Origin: a bacterium
GTDB taxonomy: Bacteria; SAR324; XYD2-FULL-50-16; G965216635
NCBI GenBank assembly: GCA_965216635.1
Contig: OZ244188.1
Coordinates: forward strand, 1,600,001 to 1,664,000
DNA: 64,000 nt
Reading direction: 5' to 3'
In this document: positions 50,108-59,581 of the stretch, one piece after another
Layout: every line of letters starts with the position of its first letter
Numbering within the stretch: position 1 is the stretch's first letter
The notes under the pieces: generated by a model
What the model saw: only the letters and a program-made list of their open reading frames with translations
What the model was told of the DNA's origin: nothing
Databases searched by the model: none
Translations under genes and position numbers: made by a program

Positions 50108-51592
50108 TTATCTCATTACGAATGGGTTTGCCATAGGTTTTGAGCTAGTATTAAACCACACAGTTTTTGTTCTGGTATAGTCATAGATAGCATCCATACC
50201 CGCCTCGCGACTACCACCGCTATTTTTAAATCCTCCAAAAGGGGCTATTGGAGATATAGCTCTATAGGTATTAACCCAGACAATGCCCGAGCGGATTTTT
50301 TCGCTTACGCGGTGCGCTCTTGCAAGATTTTCGGTAAATACTCCAGCAGCTAAACCAAAATCAGAATCGTTTGCCATTTTTATTGCTTCGTCTTCTGTTC
50401 CAAAAGAAACGGCACTAATTACTGGAGCAAAAAGCTCCGTTTTTATACTGGCAATAGATTGGTGAGGACAAGAGAGTAAAGTCGGTTCAAAATAATTACC
50501 TCCTTTTAAATCATCAGGCAAGTTGCTCGGTTGCTTGCCACCAAAAATTAGCTCGGCACCTTGTTTTATAGATTTTTGGATTATTTTTTCAGCACGTTCT
50601 AGCTGTAGTTTGGTTGCCAAAGGTCCTATTTGAGTTTTTGAATCTAGAGGGTCTCCGATAATAATTTTTTCTGCTCTCTGTTTTATTTCTTCCAGTATTT
50701 TTGGATAGATATTTTTTTGAATAAAAACACGAGAACCAGAAACACAGCTTTGTCCAGATGCTCCAAAATTACCGGCGATAATGCCATTGACTGCACCTTC
50801 GGGGTCACAATCCTCAAAAACAACTATGGGAGATTTGCCGCCTAATTCTAAACTAATATGAGCAAAATTTTCTGCTGTGTTTTTCACAATCTGCTTGGCA
50901 ACTTCACAACCACCAGTAAAAGCCACTCTTGCGACTTTGGGGTGAGAAGTAAGCACTCTTCCGCAAGGCTCTCCAAATCCAGTGAGAATATTGACTACTC
51001 CTTTGGGAAAACCTACTTTATCTATCAACTCAGCCAGTTTAAAAAGGGGAGCAGGAGCCTGCTCCGATGCCTTAACTACAATTGTATTGCCAGCAGCTAA
51101 AGCAGGAGCAATTTTTGTAGCTGATAAAAAAAGCTGTGCGTTCCAAGGCACAATTGCAGCCACAACTCCGATAGGCTCTCTAGTCGTAAAAACTCTTAAA
51201 TCAGGCTTGTCAATAGGCAACACTTCGCCTTGAATTTTATCCGCAAGCCCAGAGTAGTAATAATAGTAATCTGCAACATATCGCGATTGACTGCGAGTTT
51301 CTACTGCTAATTTTCCGCTATCTTTTGTTTCCAGATCGCCAAATTCTTCCGCATTATTAGCAATCAAATCTCCTAGACTGTGCAATAATTTTCCTCTCTG
51401 TGTCGCTGTGTAGTCTTTCCACTCTCCCTCAAAAAGAGCCTTGTGAGCAGATTCAATCGCTAGGTTGGTTTCCCACTCATTCGCCGCTGGAAATAACGCC
51501 CACGCCTTCCCATCCGCTGGATTGATAGATTCAAAATACTCACCTTTTCCATCGCTAAAATTTCCGTTGATGTAATGTTGAAATTTTTTCAT
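50108..51592 (-). CDS. Aldehyde dehydrogenase
   Basis: PWN, FTGG, LELGGKSP, GQSC, ELFAPV and PFGGFKNSG motifs. Confidence 0.95.
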   Translation of the reverse strand: MKKFQHYINGNFSDGKGEYFESINPADGKAWALFPAANEWETNLAIESAHKALFEGEWKDYTATQRGKLLHSLGDLIANNAEEFGDLETKDSGKLAVETRSQSRYVADYYYYYSGLADKIQGEVLPIDKPDLRVFTTREPIGVVAAIVPWNAQLFLSATKIAPALAAGNTIVVKASEQAPAPLFKLAELIDKVGFPKGVVNILTGFGEPCGRVLTSHPKVARVAFTGGCEVAKQIVKNTAENFAHISLELGGKSPIVVFEDCDPEGAVNGIIAGNFGASGQSCVSGSRVFIQKNIYPKILEEIKQRAEKIIIGDPLDSKTQIGPLATKLQLERAEKIIQKSIKQGAELIFGGKQPSNLPDDLKGGNYFEPTLLSCPHQSIASIKTELFAPVISAVSFGTEDEAIKMANDSDFGLAAGVFTENLARAHRVSEKIRSGIVWVNTYRAISPIAPFGGFKNSGGSREAGMDAIYDYTRTKTVWFNTSSKPMANPFVMR

Positions 51593-51622
51593 TTTTCTGG
51601 ATTTTTATTATTGGGCTAATTT

Positions 51623-52408
51623 TTAATTCTCATTTAATTTTTTCTGTGCTATCTCAAAATATTTTTCATCTAACTCAAAACCAATATATTTTCTGTCTAA
51701 ATTTTTACAAGCCAAACAAGTTGTTCCGCTACCCATAAAAGGGTCTAAAATAACTTGGTTTTTATTAGAAAATATACTTACGATTCTCTCCATAATTGCT
51801 AAAGGTTTTTGTGTGGGATGGCTTATTCTTTCCTTGCTCCACGGGACTATTGGAGATATATCTGTCCATACATTGGATAAAGCTCTAAATTTATTACCAT
51901 TTTTTTTTCCTATTGTTCCTCCTGTTTTCTTTAAAATTGTAGATGAGATTTTATTGTAAATATATTCATTTCCTTTAATATACCATAAAATATCTTCTCT
52001 AGTAGAAACAAGATTTGTTTTAGCTCCTCTTCCTTTAATTCTATCGTAGATAATCCAATTTTTAAGTTGAAAAAAATTGTCTAAGCAATTTATAGTTTTT
52101 ACAACTTCGCTCCATCCTTGGAATACAATTAAATTCCCGTTTTTTTTCAATATCCTATTAAATTCTATTGCTAGAATTTTCCAATCTAAACTATTCTTAA
52201 TGTCCCATAGATTGTTTTCAAAATTGATTTGATAGGGAGGATCTGTAGCTATTAAATCTATAGAATCATCCTTTATTTCTTTGATTAAATCAAAGCAATT
52301 GCCTAGTGTTATTTTATTATTAAAATTGACTGTATTTTTAGGCTGTATTGCTCTTTCTTCAAAAAGGCTGGGTTGTGTTAGCATCTTTTGTGAGGTTGTT
52401 AGATTCAA
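51623..52408 (-). CDS. Site-specific DNA methyltransferase, beta class (N6A/N4C); true start may be ATG at 52384
   Basis: DPPY precedes HPTQKP and DPFMGSGTT; no adjacent endonuclease. Confidence 0.9.
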   Translation of the reverse strand: MNLTTSQKMLTQPSLFEERAIQPKNTVNFNNKITLGNCFDLIKEIKDDSIDLIATDPPYQINFENNLWDIKNSLDWKILAIEFNRILKKNGNLIVFQGWSEVVKTINCLDNFFQLKNWIIYDRIKGRGAKTNLVSTREDILWYIKGNEYIYNKISSTILKKTGGTIGKKNGNKFRALSNVWTDISPIVPWSKERISHPTQKPLAIMERIVSIFSNKNQVILDPFMGSGTTCLACKNLDRKYIGFELDEKYFEIAQKKLNEN

Positions 52409-53156
52409 AGTAACATAAATTTTCTATTGTTGTAAAGTAGACCTTTGAATTTGCGTTATGTGACGGCTAGACAAGACAAAAAAAAATTTTGGGTCGCAGG
52501 AATACTCAAGTATTTCAAGGGACAAAATTTTTTTTAAATGGCGTAGTGCAAACCGCAGCAAAACTTGCATAATCCAAAAAAGGAGTGTAAAAGAGCCAGT
52601 GGCTCTTTTACTATAGCCTGCATATAGTGAAAGCAATAAGCTTGTTTTGGCTAAACAGAACGCAAATTCAAAAGTCTCATTTAGATTCAAAGTAACTTAA
52701 ATTTTCTATTGTTGTAAAGTAGACCTTTGAATTTGCGTTATGTGACGGCTAGCCAAATGGTTAGAACAGGTGCAAAAAAAAATTTTGGGTCGCAGGAATA
52801 CTCAAGTATTTCAAGAGTTAAAAATTTTTTTTAAATGGCGTAGTGCAAACCGCAGCAAAACTTGCATAATCCAAAAAAGGAGTGTAAAAGAGCCAGTGGC
52901 TCTTTTACTATAGCCTGCATATAGTGAAAGCAATAAGCTTGTTTTGGCTAAACAGAACGCAAATTCAAAAGTCTCATTTAGATTCAAAGTAACTTAAATT
53001 TTCTATTGTTGTAAAGTAGACCTTTGAATTTGCGTTATGTGACGGCTAGACAAGACAAAAAAAAATTTTGGGTCGCAGGAATACTCAAGTATTTCAAGGG
53101 ACAAAATTTTTTTTTAACGCTGTATAGGCTAAACAGAACGCAAATTCAAAAGTCTA
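52399..53156. repeat. Tandem array of three units, each a ~40-bp unique flank plus a MITE-like element
   Basis: Elements at 52438-52677, 52720-52974 and 53017-53156, each preceded by ttagattcaaagtaacWtaaattttctattgttgtaaag. Confidence 0.92.
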
Positions 53157-53161
53157 AAAGA

Positions 53162-54280
53162 TTAAAGGCAACTGCGAGAATTAACTACAGGCGGGCTTAA
53201 TTTTTCTAAAATATTTTTTTTTTTGTAAAGAAAAGTGCAGAAAGCAATCATAGCTCCATTGTCTGTGCAGTAGCGATGATCTGGATAAAAAAATGTGATG
53301 TTTTTTCTGTAACAGAACTGCTGAAAATTTTTTCTAATAAAGCTATTTCTAGCGACCCCTCCTACTATTGCAAAATTTTCTATGGGGTGGTTTTTAAGAA
53401 TTTTTTGTAAATTCCAAAGTAAAGAGTTATAAGCAGCGTATTGAAAACTAGCGGCTAGTTGGGCTATTTTTTGCTGTTTCTTTTGTGGCATTTTTAAAAA
53501 ACCTGCATAGTTTAGCAATACTTCTTTTTCTGCAAAAATACCCATTTTGATAGCTAGGTTTTTGGTGGCAGTTTTTAAACCTGAATAACTAAAATTATAA
53601 TTAGGTTTCTTTTTGTTACCTGTTTTTTGGCTATCTGTTTTTTTGAAGGGAATGGGTAAATCCAAAATACTACCACTCCAAAGGCTAGCTATTTTTTCAA
53701 TCAAAGGTCCTCCCGGATAGCAAAGCCCTAAAATTTTTGCTGTTTTATCAAAAGCTTCACCTAAGGCGTCGTCTTGTGTTTTTCCTAACAGATGGTAATC
53801 TCCTACTTCTTTGACTAAAACTGCCATACTGTGCCCTCCTGAAATTAAAAAGCAGAGATAAGGAAAAGAACACTTCCCTCCTTGATTTAGATTGCTATTA
53901 TTTTTACTATCTATTAGAGCAGATAGCAGATGGGCTTCTAGGTGATCTACACCAACAACTTTTTTAGTCCAAGCCCAAGCTAGTGCATTTGTGAAACTAC
54001 TGCCTATCAGTAGCGAACCTATAAGACCTGGCTTACAACTTACGCTCAGTATATCTATTTCTTTTAGAGTGATTTTTTTTTTTGTAAGAAATTCATCTAT
54101 TAAGGGGGGAAGATTTTTTAAATGTCCCCTACTTGCTATTTCTGGAACAACTCCTCCGAACTTGCTGTGGAGTATTGTTTGAGATACAATTTTATTATAA
54201 ATTACTTCTCCTGTTTGAGAATCCACTACTCCCAATCCACTGTCGTCGCATGTACTTTCTATTCCTAAAATATATTTCAT
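53162..54280 (-). CDS. tsaD: tRNA N6-adenosine threonylcarbamoyltransferase
   Basis: ILGIESTCDD, GGVVPEIASRGH, HLEAH, SGGH, DDALGEAFDK and CTDNGAMIA motifs; start placed at MKYILG. Confidence 0.95.
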   Translation of the reverse strand: MKYILGIESTCDDSGLGVVDSQTGEVIYNKIVSQTILHSKFGGVVPEIASRGHLKNLPPLIDEFLTKKKITLKEIDILSVSCKPGLIGSLLIGSSFTNALAWAWTKKVVGVDHLEAHLLSALIDSKNNSNLNQGGKCSFPYLCFLISGGHSMAVLVKEVGDYHLLGKTQDDALGEAFDKTAKILGLCYPGGPLIEKIASLWSGSILDLPIPFKKTDSQKTGNKKKPNYNFSYSGLKTATKNLAIKMGIFAEKEVLLNYAGFLKMPQKKQQKIAQLAASFQYAAYNSLLWNLQKILKNHPIENFAIVGGVARNSFIRKNFQQFCYRKNITFFYPDHRYCTDNGAMIAFCTFLYKKKNILEKLSPPVVNSRSCL

Positions 54281-54328
54281 TGATAATGTTATTTCTGTAT
54301 AGTATACTAGACTTAAGCCAAACAATAT

Positions 54329-54608
54329 GAGACCTTTGAATTAGCGTTCTGTTTAGCCAAAACAAGCTTATTGCTTTTACTATATGCAGGCTATAGTAAA
54401 AGAGCCACTGGCTCTTTTACACTCCTTTTTTGGGTTATGCAAGTTTTGTGGCGGTTTGCACTACGCCATTAAAAAAAATTTTAACTCTTGCCATTTGTGA
54501 AGAAATGCTCTCCAGTATTCCAGCGAGCTAAATTTTTTTTTTGCGCCTGTTCTAACCATTTGGCTAGCCCCAATAGTTAAATAAGTATAACACTAATTCA
54601 AAGTTCTC
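54329..54608. mobile_element. MITE-like element in reverse orientation, between divergent tsaD and metG
   Basis: gagacctttgaatt...aattcaaagttctc termini; interior is largely the reverse complement of the 52720 copy. Confidence 0.82.
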
Positions 54609-54617
54609 AATATGTAA

Positions 54618-56396
54618 ATGAAAAAAAAACTTATCACTTCCGCTCTCCCCTATGTCAATAATGTGCCTCACTTAGGCAATATTATAGGCTCTGTTTTATC
54701 TGCAGATGTTTATGCTAGATACTGTCGCTTGCGGGGTTATGATACTCTTTATATTTGTGCAACAGACGAGTACGGCACAGCTACCGAAATGAAGGCTTTG
54801 GAATCGGGCACTACGCCACAAGAAATTTGCGATAAATATCACCAAATCCATAAAGATGTTTATCAGTTTTTTAATATTAGTTTTGATTATTTTGGTAGAA
54901 CTCCCACTCCAGAACACACCGCTATTACCCAAAAAATTTTTTTAGAACTAGACGAAGCGGGGTATGTTTTTGAAGAAGAAAGCGAGCAAATCTACTGCGA
55001 AACAGATAAAATGTTTTTAGCAGATAGGTTTGTAAAAGGAACTTGTCCTTTGTGTCAATATACTCAAGCAAAAGGCGACCAGTGTGATAGTTGTGGTAAG
55101 TTATTAGATTTTAAAGATTTGATAGAGCCTAAATGTCAAATTTGCAGGCAAACTCCCACTTTAAAAAAAACAAAACATCTTTATCTGGATTTAAAAAAAT
55201 TAGAAAATAAGTTGGCAGAATTTCATGGATCCAATTTAAAAAGAGACGATTTTTTGGTAAATAACGCCCGACAGGTTGTCTTGCAATTTTTAAATAGCGA
55301 AATCAAAGAAAACGCTAAAAAACAAGCGAAACCTATTTCTAGAGATTTGAAATGGGGGGTGCCAATTCCCGAATCAAAAACCTCAGGCAAAGACTACGAG
55401 GAAAAAGTTTTTTATGTTTGGTTTGATGCAGTTTTGGGGTATATTTCAGCGACTAAAAAACATCTCCCAGACCACTGGCAAAAGTGGTGGCAAAGTGAAG
55501 ATACAGAGCTTTATCAATTTATGGCAAAAGATAATATCTATTTTCATAGTCTTTTATTGCCTGCTATGATGCTAGGTAGCAAAGAAAAATGGACTATGTT
55601 ACACCATCTCAATAGCAGTGAGTATTTAAACTATGAAAACAGCAAATTTTCTAAATCACGGAAAATTGGTGTTTTTGGAGATGATGTGATTAAAATAGGT
55701 CTGCCAGCAGATTTATGGAGGTTTTATTTACTGTATAACCGTCCAGAAACATCAGACTCTGTTTTTGAATGGAAAAAGTTTTATAGTGAAGTCAATACTT
55801 ATCTGGCAGATAATCTGGGCAACCTTTTGAATAGGGTCACTGTTTTTTTAGCTAAAAATTTTCAAAACAAAATTTGCATCACAGAAGATATAGAAAAAAA
55901 ACAGTTGCCTCTTTTTCAAGAATGGGTATCTTATGTAGAAGATAAAGAAAAAGAAATTGGCGGGTTATTAGAAAAAGTAGAATTGAGAAAAGCTTTGCAT
56001 CAAATTTTTATTTTAGCAAAAAATGGAAACAAACTTTTTCAAGATAAAGAGCCGTGGAAAAAAATAAAAAAAGATAAAGAGCAAGTAGTTTATTTACTTT
56101 ATTTACTTATAGCTCTATTAAAAGATTTAGCAATATTATTATCACCTTTTATTCCAGAGCTAGCAGAAAAAATTTTAAAAATTTTGAATTTAGAAGCTGA
56201 TTCTCAAGACGACAACCGACAAAAAAATTCAGGCAGATGGGAAAATTTAGGCAAGTGGGAAGATTTAGGCAGATGGGAAAATTTAGGCAGATGGGAAAAT
56301 TTGAAAAATCATACACTAGGCAAAGGAGGTATTTTACTTTCAAAACTAGACCTTGAAGATGTACAGAAATTGAAAAAAAACTATGGAAGTTTTTAA
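54618..56396 (+). CDS. metG: Methionine--tRNA ligase (no C-terminal tRNA-binding domain)
   Basis: TSALPYVNNVPHLGN, zinc knuckles, YVWFDA and KFSKS motifs. Confidence 0.96.
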   Translation: MKKKLITSALPYVNNVPHLGNIIGSVLSADVYARYCRLRGYDTLYICATDEYGTATEMKALESGTTPQEICDKYHQIHKDVYQFFNISFDYFGRTPTPEHTAITQKIFLELDEAGYVFEEESEQIYCETDKMFLADRFVKGTCPLCQYTQAKGDQCDSCGKLLDFKDLIEPKCQICRQTPTLKKTKHLYLDLKKLENKLAEFHGSNLKRDDFLVNNARQVVLQFLNSEIKENAKKQAKPISRDLKWGVPIPESKTSGKDYEEKVFYVWFDAVLGYISATKKHLPDHWQKWWQSEDTELYQFMAKDNIYFHSLLLPAMMLGSKEKWTMLHHLNSSEYLNYENSKFSKSRKIGVFGDDVIKIGLPADLWRFYLLYNRPETSDSVFEWKKFYSEVNTYLADNLGNLLNRVTVFLAKNFQNKICITEDIEKKQLPLFQEWVSYVEDKEKEIGGLLEKVELRKALHQIFILAKNGNKLFQDKEPWKKIKKDKEQVVYLLYLLIALLKDLAILLSPFIPELAEKILKILNLEADSQDDNRQKNSGRWENLGKWEDLGRWENLGRWENLKNHTLGKGGILLSKLDLEDVQKLKKNYGSF

Positions 56397-56417
56397 TAAC
56401 ACCCAAAATAAAAGTCT

Positions 56418-56708
56418 TTATTTTGTTTTAAACAGTTGATAGATTAACCAAATTATCCCCACTCCAGATCCGCACACCGCAAGAAAAACTTCACTTTTTA
56501 ATGCTTTAAGTCCTAAATTTGGTAATATTATTTGTGCTAGAACTAATAAAAATAAAAAACCACATAGAAAAACAATCAACCCTTTTTTTAGACCAAAGTG
56601 CCTGCTTTTTTCTTTATCTTCTAAATCAATTATTTTGCTAATATTTTCTTTAAGAGTTTCGCTATCTAAATTACTATCTGACAATTGTTTTATAAAATTT
56701 TCCCACAT
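56418..56708 (-). CDS. Small 2-TM hypothetical protein, candidate toxin partner
   Basis: 3 nt downstream of a Panacea-domain gene; two hydrophobic segments. Confidence 0.6.
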   Translation of the reverse strand: MWENFIKQLSDSNLDSETLKENISKIIDLEDKEKSRHFGLKKGLIVFLCGFLFLLVLAQIILPNLGLKALKSEVFLAVCGSGVGIIWLIYQLFKTK

Positions 56709-56711
56709 AGT

Positions 56712-57194
56712 CTAAGCAGATACTACCACTTGCATAAATGCTTTATAATATTTTTTGATAATATTTTTATCTATTATTACATTTTTCCTTCCTGTATAAA
56801 AATAAGACCAAGGTGTTCCTTGCTGATGAGTCAGTTTTATCATTTCTACTCCATTGAGACTCTTATAGATCTTCCAGACTCCATCTAAAATCTTTAATGT
56901 TTTTTTTTCATCTGCATCTATTTTAGGAGATCTATGTTGTTCTTTACTCGTATTAGCCAATCTATCAATTTTTTTATTACCAAAATCTTTAAAATGATGA
57001 TAAATAGAAGGTATTACAGGTCCTTTGTTCCAAGCTTCCACTTGTTCTGCAAATAAATCAAAATTATTTTCTGCCAAAGAAAACCCTAAAGAAATATAAA
57101 CTATTTTGTTTAGTTTTAGATTATCTATATTTTTTTCTTTTTCTAAAAAAAAATTCGCTACACTAAAGGGTGTTTGTTGTTTTGGTTGATTCAT
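56712..57194 (-). CDS. Panacea-domain (DUF4065/SocA-like) antitoxin
   Basis: VANFF, LKLNKIVY, EAWNKGPVIPSIY and LTHQQGTPW motifs. Confidence 0.87.
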   Translation of the reverse strand: MNQPKQQTPFSVANFFLEKEKNIDNLKLNKIVYISLGFSLAENNFDLFAEQVEAWNKGPVIPSIYHHFKDFGNKKIDRLANTSKEQHRSPKIDADEKKTLKILDGVWKIYKSLNGVEMIKLTHQQGTPWSYFYTGRKNVIIDKNIIKKYYKAFMQVVVSA

Positions 57195-57203
57195 TTTATT
57201 TTA

Positions 57204-57458
57204 TAGACCTTTGAATTTGTGTTATGTGACGGCTAGGCAAATGGTTAGAACAGGTGCGAAAATTTGTGAAACAGCGGAGCATATCGTTTAAGCGAAATGC
57301 CAAAAAACCAAGTCTTACCGAAAAAGGAATGTAAAAAAGCCAGTGGCTTTTTTACAATACTTCTGTAAATAATTTTAAGCAATAAGACTAGTATGTGAGC
57401 ATTTTTCACAAATTTTCAACGCTGCATAGGCTAAACAGAATGCAAATTCAAAAGTCTA
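57204..57458. mobile_element. MITE-like element with a divergent interior
   Basis: tagacctttgaatttg...caaattcaaaagtcta termini; aaaatttgtgaaa/tttcacaaatttt inner stem; AAAAAAGCCAGTGGCTTTTTT hairpin. Confidence 0.82.
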
Positions 57459-57694
57459 TTTTATAGATTGTCTATTGTAAGTTAAACTTTTAGCAGTTGT
57501 AGTTTTATGGTTCAGTTACATTAACTAATCCAAAAGAAAATTTACCTATTCTTCAACAAGAGTTATTCTATACTTTTTTTTAAAAAATACCAAGCTATTT
57601 TTTAAATGTGAATTAAAATTTTAGAACTTGCAATAAAAAAATATACTTTTGAGTAAAAATAAAGTAATTTGTAATAAAATACACAACAAATATT

Positions 57695-58486
57695 ATGAAC
57701 CCTATACTACTAGATTTAAGTTTTTTCTCAATTCGCTATTACGGTTTAATGTATGTAATAGCACTTTTTTTAGGTCTTTACCTCGCTAAAAAAGATTTAA
57801 AAAAAGCTAGTATTAATTATTCTCCCGCAGAATTTGAAAATATTGTTCTTTTTTCTTTTCTTTTCGGTATCCTAGGAGGAAGATTTTATTATGTATTTTT
57901 TAATTGGCAATACTATTTTAGCTCTGGTCTTCCTTGGTATACTCCTTTTGCGGTCTGGCAAGGAGGGTTGGCAATTCACGGAGGGATATTGGGGGCTCTT
58001 TTGGGGTGTTGGTTAGCAGCTAGAAAAAAAAATATTCCTTTTCTTTTTATTTGTGATTTGGCTGCTCCTTATCTTTTATTAGGACAAGCCTTTGGTAGAT
58101 TTGGAAATTTTATGAATGGAGATGCCCACGGTGTTCCTACCGATTTAGCTTGGGGTATAGTTTTTCGTTATGGTCCTGCTAGCACAGAATTTCCAAACCA
58201 AGCGCTACACCCCGTCATGCTTTATGAACTTTTTTTAAATATTATAGGTTTTTTAATACTATTTTTTTTAAGAAAAAAGAGATATAGAGCGGGCTTTATT
58301 ATTGGTTGTTATTTGATTTTTTACGGTATTATCCGCTCCATTGTCACTAATTTTAGAGCAGATGATCTTTACTTGGGAGCTATACGAGCACCTCATCTTT
58401 TCTCTATTATTAGCATTCTATTTGTTTGTATCTGGTTTTATAACAAGAAACTTTATCTTAAAGATAACTCTATCTCTATAGAATAA
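57695..58486 (+). CDS. lgt: Prolipoprotein diacylglyceryl transferase
   Basis: IRYYGLMY, GGLAIHGG, GRFGNFMNG and HPVMLYE motifs. Confidence 0.95.
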   Translation: MNPILLDLSFFSIRYYGLMYVIALFLGLYLAKKDLKKASINYSPAEFENIVLFSFLFGILGGRFYYVFFNWQYYFSSGLPWYTPFAVWQGGLAIHGGILGALLGCWLAARKKNIPFLFICDLAAPYLLLGQAFGRFGNFMNGDAHGVPTDLAWGIVFRYGPASTEFPNQALHPVMLYELFLNIIGFLILFFLRKKRYRAGFIIGCYLIFYGIIRSIVTNFRADDLYLGAIRAPHLFSIISILFVCIWFYNKKLYLKDNSISIE

Positions 58487-58512
58487 AGTTAAAACACAGA
58501 TAGCAACAAAGT

Positions 58513-59508
58513 ATGCCACACATTCCCGTTCTAAAAAAAGAAGTTCTTTCTTTTTTGCGAAAATCTGATTGCAACATTGCAGACCTAACAGCAGGGCTAG
58601 GCGGACATTCGTGCCTTTTTTTGCAAAAAAATCAGAATCTCAAACTTTTTCTGGTGGATAGAGATGCGGAGGCTCTGCGAGAGTGTCGTAAAAATTTACT
58701 TCCCAATATTACAAAAAAAGATAGCTTCCAAAAAAACACTACAGAAAAAAATGCACTGTTTTTTTTTGAAAATAATTTTTATTCACAGAGCGAGCATTGG
58801 AAAAAAGAGCAAAGAAAATTTGATTTTATATTTGCCGATTTGGGAGTTTCTTCTCTACAGCTAGATAACGCAGAAAGAGGTTTTTCTTTCTTAAAAGAAG
58901 GAGCGTTAGATATGAGAATGGATGTTGCACAAACCTTAGACGCCAAAAAAATTTTGCAAAGCTACGATGAAAAAAAACTAGCACAGATATTTAGAGATTA
59001 TGGAGAAGAGAGATATGCAAAATACTTAGCTGAAAAAATTGTAAGAAGACGAGAAGAAAAGCCTTTTTTAACTACCACAGATCTGAGTTTTTTTACTGCC
59101 CAAAATATTAAGAGCAGGCAAAATATTAAGAGCAAGAAAAATACTAAGAGCAGGAAAAGTCCTAAAACAAAAATACATCCAGCAACTAAAATATTTCAAG
59201 CGATTAGAATTGAAGTCAATCAAGAATTGAAGCAATTAGAAGCTATGCTGTCTGTTGTTTTGGATTTACTCCAACCCAAAGCCAGATTGATTATTATTTC
59301 TTTTCATTCTCTAGAAGATAGAATAGTAAAACAAAAATTTAAAAGTTGGGCAGAACCCGCTTCTAAAACTCCCTTTCCTCTACCTGCCGTAGAAGAGAAA
59401 CCTCTAGTTAGGCTCTTGTGTAAAAAACCGATAGTGCCTGAGTTCCAAGAAATACAAGCTAATCCTCGTTCTAGAAGCGCTAAGATGCGGGTAATAGAAA
59501 AAATTTAG
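58513..59508 (+). CDS. rsmH: 16S rRNA m4C1402 methyltransferase
   Basis: HIPVL, GLGGHS, DLGVSSLQLD, LDMRMD, ISFHSLEDR and NPRSRSAK motifs. Confidence 0.95.
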   Translation: MPHIPVLKKEVLSFLRKSDCNIADLTAGLGGHSCLFLQKNQNLKLFLVDRDAEALRECRKNLLPNITKKDSFQKNTTEKNALFFFENNFYSQSEHWKKEQRKFDFIFADLGVSSLQLDNAERGFSFLKEGALDMRMDVAQTLDAKKILQSYDEKKLAQIFRDYGEERYAKYLAEKIVRRREEKPFLTTTDLSFFTAQNIKSRQNIKSKKNTKSRKSPKTKIHPATKIFQAIRIEVNQELKQLEAMLSVVLDLLQPKARLIIISFHSLEDRIVKQKFKSWAEPASKTPFPLPAVEEKPLVRLLCKKPIVPEFQEIQANPRSRSAKMRVIEKI

Positions 59509-59581
59509 AAATTCTAGCCTTCCTATAATGCCTGATTTTATTTGTGAGGCGGGGAGGCAGTTTTTTATTTTATGTAAGTCT

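Noticed and set aside
52424..52690. 88-aa ORF, and similar ORFs 1514-1702, 6691-6903 and 31085-31285
   Set aside because: They lie within palindromic element copies, have no protein motifs and are not conserved as ORFs between copies.
52399..53156. Possible CRISPR array (~40-bp repeat three times)
   Set aside because: The intervening sequences are 140-255 bp and homologous to each other and to a dispersed element; there are no unique spacers and no cas genes.
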